Positions 22,286-32,944 of a DNA stretch of 39,804 nt are shown piece by piece. A model generated the notes under the pieces. That model searched no databases. It was not told the origin of the DNA and saw only the letters and a program-made list of their open reading frames with translations. Positions within the stretch are counted from its first letter, which is position 1. The number at the start of each line of letters is the position of its first letter. The stretch comes from Octopus bimaculoides (lineage: Eukaryota), in the NCBI RefSeq assembly GCF_001194135.2, contig NC_068995.1, positions 36,947,063 to 36,986,866 of the forward strand, given 5' to 3'. The translations under genes and the position numbers were made by a program.

Positions 22286-22567
22286 CATCTTTGTCAATGA
22301 GGATGTACCATAACGTCTGGTTACTTCCTAACGCTCCGTCCGGATCTGTTGCATTTACTGAGCCAACTTTGGTTCCAATTTTAACACCTTCTGAGACATG
22401 AAAAATGTTGTTGGGTGCAATTGTGACTGGTTTATTTATTGGCACCTCAATCTTTACAATTGTGCTCGATGATAAAGAGGGGTAGCCAAAATCTATTGCT
22501 CTGATATTCAACTCATACAAACGTTTCTGTGGTTCTCTGGTCAAATCATCGGCAACTTTTATCTCAC
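22286..22567 (-). CDS. Long cadherin, internal exon type A, cassette 1 (282 nt, phase 1-1)
   Basis: ttttcag|GT acceptor and G|gtgagt donor; encodes GEIKVADDLTREPQKRLYELNIRAIDFGYPSLSSSTIVKIEVPINKP...ATDPDG...IDKD (end of one EC domain, start of the next). Confidence 0.93.
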
Positions 22568-23295
22568 CTGAAAAGTAAATAGAATAACAAAAGCGTCTTT
22601 TATTAAAGATAATTTGATACAAATATGAATATTATGATTTCAGTGTGCTAAGTGGACGACTTGGTAGCATATTTGTATTAAAATGGAAAAAACACCTGGC
22701 GTTTGTTAATCTGTTCTGTTTTAAACATTTACACATACATTTACTGTCTTAATATTCAGTTTTTTGTACTTCCAATATTTGCATAAAGGAAGCCATAACA
22801 ATGATATTCCTTTATATTTGGAAAACGTTAATGCAACTTGTGAATTTATGACAAATAATTTGCATACATGAGCAGTATTCTGAAATCCATATAACGTTAT
22901 GCAACGAAGAGTTAAAATGCATTCCTTCACAAGAAGAAAAAAAGGGGAAATATTCATAAATTATATAACAAAAATACTGATGTCGCAAACTGTGAAAGAA
23001 AATATTGATGGAAGTAAAACTTTGAAAAATATGTGAATGAAAGATACATTTTGGCTAATATTTTAATAGAAAATTGTACATTTTGACATGTCCTATTGCG
23101 TATGGTTATATACTTTCATTGGTGGAAAAATGTATATTTTTTCTGGAGTTCTAATGTAAAAGTTCATTGATAAAAAGTTTAGTAAATACTTTTTCTCTCC
23201 CAGAAACTTTATTTCACAATAACTTTCTTTTTATGCAGGTGCAAGAGTGGCTGTGTGTAAAAAACTCGCTTTACAACCACATGGTTCCGGGTTCA

Positions 23296-24692
23296 GATAA
23301 AGCAGAACTTTTGGAATAAGACTGAAGGAGATGTATCTGCTAGAGCACAGTGTTTGTATAACTTATTTTCGGCAGAGAAATATGGTTCTACAAACGAATT
23401 TTTGTGTTGAAAGTCCGCTTTGCTTTTGCGGTAACATCGATGGACTTTTCGAATGTTTATCACAAAATTATGATCCTGCAGAGTAGCGTTTGTTTATTGA
23501 CTCTTCAAAATTAAGTTTAAAAGTTGTACTTCTCCATAATGGTAATTTGAAGCCCTCCATTCCTATTGCACACTCCGTTCATGTTCACGAATCATATGAG
23601 AAAATGGAATTTTTATTTCATGCCATTGCCTATGAAAGATACTCATGGAAAATATGTGGAGATTTAGAAGTCATTGGAATGTTAATGGGAATGCAATCAG
23701 GTTTCACAAAATACTGTTGTTTCTTGTGTCTATGGGATAATCGAGCAACTGACAGATATTATTCGAAATCAAACTGGCAGACAAGAACATCATACCAGCC
23801 AGGACTGTCTAGCGTCAAGAATACACCCCTTGAAGATCCATGTAATGTCCTATTGACTCCTTTGCACATAAAGCTTGAACTGATGAAACAGTTTGTAAAT
23901 ACATTAGGGAAGAGAAATGCCAAAAGGTTTGAGTATATTGTAGATAAGTTTCCTAAAATCATACTGGTGAAGTTGAAAGAGGGTATCTTTGTCGGACCCC
24001 AAATTAAAGAAGTACTCAAAGATGTCAACTTCAAGACAACACTGGATGAACTGGAACTGCCTGCCTGGAATGGTTTCAATTGGATCTGTGAGAATTTCTT
24101 GGGCAATAAGAAGGTAATGGACTACAAGGATGGCACCAAGAATCTTCTGTTCTGAAATGTTACTCAGTAATGGGTCGTCGCATGTCACTGAAAGTTCACT
24201 CCTTGGACTCCCATCTGGATTTCTTCACAGATAAACCTGGAGCAGTGTCTGGTGAACATGGTGAAAAATTGCACCAATTCCACCAGGACATTAGTGCTAT
24301 GGAGAAACGGTACCAAGGCTTCTGGAATGACAGTATGCTGGTTGACTACTGCTGGACACTTTACCGTGATCAACCAGATCAGGAACACCACAGGAAATTC
24401 AAATCACAATGCTTCTAACTGTTGTTCTAACTTTGTTTTGTCTGACCCACTTTTTGTGTATTCACTCTTTGTAGAATGATAGTGATGATTTCATTTCTAA
24501 AAATAATGAGTCATTTATTATGTTAATGATTTCATATATACAAATATGTAAATATTTGCATGCATGTACTGAAAAACTGATACGTGCTGCATACAAATAG
24601 GGTGAAATTTTGAAATCAGCATGAAAAGTTAGTCTAAAAAAGTTGGTTTGCATTCATAATGAGTATAATACATTTAATTTTGTTGACCAGTG
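23296..24692 (+). mobile_element. 5'-truncated Chapaev3-like (CMC/Transib-related) DNA transposon with decayed transposase
   Basis: KAELL/RLKE, YDPAE*RLFIDSSKLSLKVVLLHNGN, ICGDLEV..GMQSGFTKYCCFLCLWD, LHIKLELMKQF, MSLKVHSLDSHLDFF, SGEHGE..FHQDISAMEKRYQG; one stop and two frameshifts; right end TTTGTTGACCAGTG followed by TAA. Confidence 0.75.
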
Positions 24693-24781
24693 TAATTTAA
24701 TTACAAATTTGCACATTAAATTTGCATTTATGTGATATGAATGCAAATTCAATGTACAAATTCGTATTTGTAATTAAATTA
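24693..24781. repeat. Imperfect AT-rich palindrome abutting the transposon end
   Basis: 24693-24708 is the perfect reverse complement of 24766-24781; 24706-24728 pairs with 24740-24762 at 21/23. Confidence 0.85.
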
Positions 24782-25020
24782 TTGAGTATTAATTGAAACG
24801 GTTGTAAGAAGCGAAGATGACAAATTTGTTAATAATAAATAATTGTTAACTTCCTTGTCTCCATTTTCTTTTATTCTTTTAACTGGATATAGACTATATG
24901 CTCAATATATGCCTATTGTTTTAAGGGAATTCCATTCCCCAACAATACTAGGTACTGAACCTGTATTTCCTTGGATGCAACCATCCCTATACGAGCTTAA
25001 CATATCCTCTAACTAAATTT

Positions 25021-25054
<34 letters not shown>

Positions 25055-25474
25055 GGTGCAAGAGTGACTGTGTGGTAAATAGCTTTCCTACCAACCATAT
25101 GGCTCCGGGTTCAGTCCCACTGCGTAGCATCTTGGGCAAGTGTCTTCTACTATGGCCTCGGGCCGACCAAAGCCTTGTGAGTGGATTTGGTAGACGGAAA
25201 CTGAAAGAAGCCCGTCGTATATATGTATATATATGTATGTGTGTGTGTGTGTTTGTGTGTCTGTGTTTGTCCTCCCAACATCAACATCGTTTGACAACCG
25301 ATGCTGGTGTGTTTACGTCCCCGTAACCTTAGCGGTTTGGCAAAAGAGACCGATAAAATAAGTACTAGGCTTACAAAGAATAAGTCCTGGGGTCGATTTG
25401 CTCGACTAAAAGGCGGTGCTCCAGCATGGCCGCAGTCAAATGACTGAAACAAGTAAAAGAGTAAAGAGTATACA
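25055..25474 (+). mobile_element. Major tRNA/CORE-like SINE, full length, inserted in (TA)n
   Basis: Head gtgcaagagtgactgtgtggtaa, B box GGTTCAGTCC, cttgggcaagt core, internal (TG)n, tail gtcaaatgactgaaacaagtaaaaga. Confidence 0.85.
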
Positions 25475-25584
25475 NNNNNNNNNNNNNNNNNNNNNNNNNN
25501 NNNNNNNNNNNNNNNNNNNNNNNNNNNNNNNNNNNNNNNNNNNNNNNNNCCTATACGAGCTTAACATATCCTCTAACTAAATTT

Positions 25585-25627
<43 letters not shown>

Positions 25628-25849
25628 GGTAAGACCTGATAAATCATCCATAGCTATACCGTTTCTAGTAACATCAGTGACTCCAAAGTAAGGTAGATAG
25701 AAACAGTTGTACTAAAGGAATTAACTGATGTTCTTTAATCCTAGGCTAGCCCTAATTGAACAGATTATAATAAAAACTTTTTAATCCGTGTGACAATAAG
25801 TTTGCCACACGGATGTAGCAACGTTTTTTTTTTTGTGAGTGGTGATATG

Positions 25850-26156
25850 AAACCCAGCTATGTGAGTGAATTTGAGATAGAGTGAAATTGAAAGAAACCC
25901 GTCGCATATATGTATGCACGTATGTATGTATGTATGTATGTATGTATGTGTGTGTGTTTGTGTTTGACCCACCACTTGATAAACAGTGTTGGTTTGTTTA
26001 CGTCCCCGTAACATGGCAGTTAGGCAAAAAGTGACCGATAAAATAATTATCAGATTTGAAAATATAAATAAGTAGTGGGGTCGATTTGGTCGGCTAAACC
26101 ATTCAAGGCAGTGCCCCAGCATGGGCACAGTCCATCGACTGAAACAAGTAAAAGAT
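25850..26156 (+). mobile_element. Major SINE, 5'-truncated
   Basis: aaagaaacccgtcgcatata...gactgaaacaagtaaaaga. Confidence 0.75.
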
Positions 26157-28626
26157 ACGTATACAGGACTACATTGTCTAATGTTTCTTTCCTTTTTTAA
26201 AACGATAAAGTGCGATTTGAGGGAGTTTTAGATACTACTTCTAACATGTTGAACAGCTGAAGTTGCTCCCTTGTTTTATTGTCATTAACTAAATGTTAAT
26301 TGTCTTTGACATAAAATCAATAACTCAAGAATGGAAGCTATTCAGATGCTATATCGGCCTTGATCAAGCATACTTATAATAAAAACAAAACAGTAGACAT
26401 AATCGATCGCTGGGTTTCATATCACCACTTGGTCTTTGGTTGCCTTTTGTGGAGGTCACTATGTATTATTATTTGGGCAAGTTCTCTGGTTTGAGGATAT
26501 TACTCTTTAACCCTTCGACCATTCTCGGAAGATCTCTAACGGATTAAATAATATCAAAATTCTAGATGCATCTAGAGTATATTATCTAATGCGTGAGTGT
26601 TTTGCTAACACAGTAAAGAGTGATCTGATAGAGGTGTTGCTATTTGTAGCAAACCAAGTAAAGTAGGAGCTCCCTCGTTGAATTGCTTACTATTACTGTT
26701 ATTTTATACACTGGTAGATTATAACACGCTGAAGTAAAATATCCATCTACGCATCATACTTAAGGGATATTCACTGTTGATAGACCAGTTACAGTGGTAT
26801 TCATTCTCAGATAACATGTCTTATGGACGTGTTGTATTAAAAACACAATAAATATTGGAGAGAGACGAAAAATCGCCCCCAAAGCGACCAATAAGAACGC
26901 CAGTCATATTTCAACCTTTTAAAACTTTTTCAGTGTGGTGTACTCGTAGCTAGTCGCATGCTCAGACAAGACTTAATCGTCTACCGCTATAAGTGACAGT
27001 GAATAAAACATTCACTGATGTTGTAATAACCATCTGGTTGAATAAAAATCCGGTATATGCAATTGAGGTTGTATTAAATTTAGATAGTCATAATCAAGTA
27101 TGATATATAAATGGTTATTTTGATTAAATGCTGTTTTAATAGCGGAATGTTTATTTACTCTGAGGTACTTGTACCAAAGGTTGATATGAAGTGACTTTGA
27201 TATAAGGTGACATAATGTAATATGGCTCGCAATCTCATATTGCATTTGATCCAAATAGAGTGTGGGTTGAGGGATGACATATCCCCAGACAGGCGCAGGT
27301 ATGTTTGTGTGGTTAAGTAGCTCGTTTTGCACCTTGTAATTTCACGTTCTATTTTGAGCAGGAAGTGCATTAGGCCGTAGAAAACAGCCTCACGAAATTC
27401 TGTTCGATCCATGCAAGCATTGAAAAATGGACATTAAAACGACGATGAATGATAAAATCGTAGTTACTTTTCTGCGGTATTTAGTTACAGCCTTTTACGT
27501 TCTCGGTTAAAATCCCGCTAGAATTATCGTTACTTAGGGGTGATCTAAGAGCAATCGACCAATTCTTCCCAATAAATTTCTGCCTGTCTGCTTAAGTTAG
27601 ATATCGATATTTCTTTTCCCTAAAGGTAGAACTGCTAATGCATCAGGCAAAATATTTTGAGATATATTCAGTTACAACCTTTTACGTTTTGAGTTCAACT
27701 ACTGTCAGAGTCGATTTTGTCTTTCGTGCTTCTGGCGTTGATAAAACCAATGCCAGTTATATTTAATGGCATAAAAAACGTACGGACATATTAGGCGAAA
27801 TACATTTTCAGCAGTGAATATCCAGGGAAAAAAGATTTTAGTGAATTAAAGTTTATGGAAGACCCGACTTCGCATATAGGATTGGGGGTGATGTTTTGAG
27901 AATTTTTTTTGGAAAAATGTGCGTTTTATATGTCATCGAATACAGTAATTAGTGGTGGTGTGTGGAAAACGATTTAATCGACAATACCCCCTTCCAAATT
28001 TGTGGCCTTGCGTCACTGACCGAAATGAATATTATTTTTTTTCCATATGTATAGTTTATCGGCGGAACCATTATACCTCTGTCAATGGCGTAACTAGAAC
28101 ACTTTTCTTGAAATCAATGTTAGACTCATAGACATTTATATGCTAAACACAGTTTTCTTCTTTCTCTTTAATTTAAAAAAAAGTTTTTTTTGTTGTTGTC
28201 ATATTTCTTTACGAAGTGTAAAAGAATACCATTAAGTACCGCAAGTTATTTTGTCTGAGACGCTATACCGATTCTGCCAGTCCACCGATCTGGTTACAAA
28301 ATCGACATCAACAAAAACAACATTGTTCTATTCTATGTTGAAATATTGAAGCAGCCAGATATTTATATGGTTTTATAACTTGGGGCAAAAAGGTTATTAG
28401 TCTGTCCATTTCAATTTAGTGTTATATAAAGGAAATGTGGTCATTAAAAACGAGAGATTTAAAAGAAAACATAGAAAAATAAGAAATATAAATAAAAAAG
28501 AACGGGTAAAGTAAAGAACTCACAAATAATTTACTTGGAGAAAGAATTCTTGTCTTTTGTCTTCTATATTATAATATATTTTACTTTATTATCTTTGGAG
28601 AGGTTGACAGTGTGTGTATGTATGTA

Positions 28627-28680
<54 letters not shown>

Positions 28681-29390
28681 CTTTAAAAATTTGCAACTTT
28701 TAATTTCGTTATTTCCATTACTGAAAGAATTACTTTATTTCTCATATATTATAAAAAAGAAAACAAAACGAAAACTGACATAAAAGAAAACAAACGAACT
28801 ATTTATTGCAAAAAGAAACAAACAAAAAAAAAAAAATAAAAAGATTGTTCACATACATCTTTCCATACATTTGTATTTGTGAATGTCTGTCAATGTTTCT
28901 TTTTGTACTTATGTATGAATATGGGAAAAATGAAAATACTCATATACATCTATGCAAACATGCATGTACACATATACACATATACATATATACACATGCT
29001 TACACAGATTTACGTACATATCAATTTTTTTTGAAGTTGAAGCTTCTTGAATTGTAAAACAAAACTGAGTTCTACTTTTCAGATTGTTCAAACGATCAGC
29101 GAACATTAGCAGTTCGATAATATACAACCCAAAGATTAATCAATCCGTTATGCAGCACACGTTTCTCTATATTAATGGTTCGTGAATGTGTGATCATAGT
29201 ATCGCGGAAAAATATCGCATTCTATTACAGACTTGAATTTTCTAAGAAAGGATCTGAATAGGTAAATTCTTGCAAAACCTTCATTTACGTCTGAGTAACC
29301 TATAAACTAGTTAGTAAGTGTTATTTCGTACATCATAGATCTATCAGACTCTCAAAAAGGGTTCCATATTTCCCAAAATATTCATGTAGA

Positions 29391-29975
29391 CGCAGGTGTG
29401 ACTATGGTAAGAAGTTTGCTTTCAAACCACATGGTTCCGTGTTTAGTCCATGCAGTGGAACTTTGAGCAAGTGTCTTCTACTATAGCCCCGGGTCGACCA
29501 AAGCCTTGTGAGTGGATTTGGTAGACGGAAACCGAAAGATGCCCATTGTACACACATATATATAAATAATACAGAATGGGACAAGAACGCAAAACATCCA
29601 GACAGTTTAGGAGATACAGGAAAGGGACAAAACATACAGATAGACAATACAAAGAGAACACGGACATGTCATTCGGAGTTTTATACATACGTACATACAT
29701 ACATACATACATACATACATACATAGATATATACATACACATACACATATATGAATATGCCTGTGTGTGTATATCTTTGTATCTGCCCTCGCCCACCTCC
29801 TGACAACCGGTTTTCTTATGTCCTCGTAACTTACCGGTTCTAGAATAAGAGACCGAAAGAATATTAGGTTTATAACAAATAAGTACTGGTATATCGATAT
29901 GTTTGACTAAATCCTTCAAAGCGGTGCCAGCTACAACAGAGCCGCAGTCTAATGACTGAAACGAGTAAAAGATAG
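29391..29975 (+). mobile_element. Major SINE with expanded internal microsatellite region
   Basis: Head at 29391-29545, tail at about 29790-29975. Confidence 0.7.
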
Positions 29976-30726
29976 AGAAAAAAATGAAGGATATACATCA
30001 TCATCATCGTCATCATCATTAATTCTTTCTCTCTTTTTTCTCTCTCCTATTCTCTTGCCTCCTCTTCTCCCATTATTCTATCCTATTACTCTTTCGTTTT
30101 TCTCTCTCTTCCTTTCTCTTATTCTTCCATCTCCCCTTCTCCCCTCCTGTTTTTCTCACTTATCCTATCTCCAATTTTTTCCTCTCTCCTTCACAGTTCT
30201 CTGTCAGTCGCTCTCTCCCCCTCACTCTTCCTCCCTTGCTCACGTGGCTCCCACGTGACCATCGGCCATCTTTCTCCTCCTAACTTGTGTTCCTTTCTTT
30301 CTCTCCATTGTAGCTGGATCAAGGAAGACGTCTTCTTGCCTGTCTCCTGTCCAAGCTTGATTTACTCGTTCGCCACCACAACCTCATTTAGGCTTAGCAG
30401 CCCTTGCTGTTTGTTTTCACTGTTTTGTTTGTGTTACCACTTTTGACCCTCCGCAAAATCCCAAATTTTGTTTAATTTGATTTGCAGGAGCAACTGTTTT
30501 ATCGAAAGCGTATATTGTTGTTAAATGCTCGAAATACGAGAGTAGAAAAACAGCCAAAAACTGATGAAGGGACGTTTTTTGTGTTGCTTGACTTGTTTTC
30601 CATTTGTGTCTTTCGTTGTTCGAAAAAATAGTTCATATTCCATGTACTCGTACTTCGTATTTTTTTTGGTGTACAGGTTTCGTGATTGTTGTACAGGTTT
30701 CGTGACATCCTGTGCCCACATATGCA

Positions 30727-30781
<55 letters not shown>

Positions 30782-30886
30782 ATATATATATATATACGTA
30801 TAGATGTGAGTATGTACATATAGGTATGTATATATGTATATATATTATTTATATTATTTATATGTATAAATATATGTATGTATGCA

Positions 30887-30938
<52 letters not shown>

Positions 30939-31299
30939 CCTTCCATTGTTTCAAAGTGAGTTGGATAAAGCTTTTTACCAAATGAAAGAATAATGCATAC
31001 TTTGTTATATTTATTAAATTAAAGGCATTTAGTGATAAAAAAAAAGTTTGGGAAAGAAATCTCAAATTTTACAAAAGAGAAAGCACACACACGCACGGAA
31101 GCAGGCACGCACACATGCATACACGCACGCACGCACATAGCGTTACCTGTCAAAACACACGAACATACACCATTACACGCTTTGTCTTGTATGAAAGGAC
31201 GAATGGTCTGTAATAGAGCTGGAGTAAAACAAATGTAATCATATTGCATTAAATAAACAACATCTCTGGCTGGCAAAAGTACTAAAAATGTAGTCGTTA

Positions 31300-31497
31300 G
31301 TAGGAAAACTAAACTGATATGCTTAACGGCATTTCGTCCGTCTTTACGTTCTGAGTTCAAATGTCGCCGAGGTCGACTTTGCCTTTCATTCTTTCGAGGT
31401 CGATAAAATAAGTACCGATTGAATGCCAAGGTCGATGTAATCGACTTACCCGCCTCCTCCGAAAATGCTGGCCGTGTGCCAAAATTTAAAGCCGATA
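31300..31497 (+). mobile_element. SINE (gtcgacctcggcgg family), plus orientation
   Basis: gcttaacggcatttcgtccgtctttacgttctgagttcaaat...gtgccaaaatttaaagcc. Confidence 0.75.
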
Positions 31498-32004
31498 TCA
31501 AAAGATATAACTGGAAAGACTTGTGTATGAAACACTCAAACAGTTAATTCAGTAAATAGCAAATTCTTTACAATGAAAATATAATTATGGTGAATGTTAT
31601 TCCTGAAAACATGTTAAAGTGCATTCTATTCCCATGAAGAGCAATAATCTAATGGAAATCATTCTAATGCATCCATTTCTCAGCTTCTGCTAGCTGCCTA
31701 CCTATTTCCTTTACTTCAAACATTTCGAAAGTAATAAAACATGTCACAGTCAACCATTTCTTTCATTAATTTGAATGTCTCTCCCTTCAGTAGAATTTTG
31801 GTAGAGCCAGATCAAGCGAAAACTCACAAGTGGTTTTTCTCTACTGAGAAGTTCTGTGAAGTAATATTGTTGCTTTTGATATCAATCAAATTTTCATACC
31901 AGTATGGCATAAGAAAATTCTTAGTAAAGTGGTTAAATCATGGTAGCATGGGAACTTCCTAGCTAAGCCATTCACTTTTGGTCTCCGTTAATCTCTCATC
32001 TCTT

Positions 32005-32283
32005 AGATTTATCTTATGTCTTTCTCTTGTTTCAGTCATTAGACTGCGACCATGCTGAGGATAAACACAAACACAAAGACAGACATATACACACATACAA
32101 AAACACACACATGCACACATATACACACACTTCCATACAGACGACGAGCTTCTTTCAGTTTCCGTTTACCAAATCCACGCACAAGGCTTTGGTTGGCTCG
32201 AGGCTATAAGTAGAAAATATTTGCCCAAGGTGCTATGCAGGGGGACTTAACCTGGAACCCTTACCACACAGCCACGCCTGCGC
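32005..32283 (-). mobile_element. Major SINE, internally deleted
   Basis: cttgtttcagtcattagactgcgaccatgct...ttaccacacagccacgcctgcgc. Confidence 0.7.
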
Positions 32284-32744
32284 TTATAGACTAGTGTTTT
32301 TTTTTACATACAGCTCCATTGCAACAAGCAGTGACGAGACTCTTTTGTACTCTGGTGTACATTAAGGTTCAGTCATATCTTCAATGCTCTTAACTTCTGT
32401 AAATCAATTACCTAATTCATGTCACTTCTAACAACAAACACTCCAATACAGATGACACCCTTCGCGCCTCCTTAAATTTCTATACACAAGCATCAGCTTT
32501 ATGCATCCTTGACACTCTCCTAGTCTGCCATGCTCTACTTCTATGTTTTGTTTTTAATCGAACAGTCCGGAAAGTAAAACAGTGCTTACGACGCTGTTCA
32601 GGGCAACCCCGAGACTAGTGGGAGGGGAAGGTGGAGGTAGAGGGGGGAAGTTATCCTCACACTGGAGACCTGGCCCAAATGCTTCAAATAGAGTGGACTA
32701 CTCTGTTAAAGGTAACATTGAGCCGAATGATACTGTTATTTTAG

Positions 32745-32944
32745 TATAAGGCCAGCAGTTTCGTGGGGAGGGATTAAGTCGATTACATCGACCTCAGTAC
32801 TCAACTGGTTCTTATTTTATCGACCCCCGAAAGGATGAAAGGCGAAGTCGACCTCGGCGGAATTTGAACTTAGGACGTAGTGGCGGACGAAATGCAGCTG
32901 ATCATTTTAACCGGCGTGCTAACGACTCTGCCAGTTCGCTGCCT
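32745..32944 (-). mobile_element. SINE (gtcgacctcggcgg family)
   Basis: Near full-length copy. Confidence 0.8.

Noticed and set aside
3681-22567. Calling the gene a clustered protocadherin, Fat, Dachsous or CDH23
   Set aside because: At least seven consecutive EC domains split over many small exons do not fit protocadherin structure, and no family-diagnostic region (TM, cytoplasmic tail, EGF/LamG) is in the window, so no symbol is given.
27012-27332. 106-aa minus-strand ORF
   Set aside because: No recognisable motif; begins inside a SINE head; at most a very decayed retroelement.
28000-28110. Minus-strand YAIDRG...ISVSD peptide resembling a cadherin strand
   Set aside because: In-frame stop just upstream, no DxND or other motifs, no fitting splice sites, and it runs into a SINE tail.
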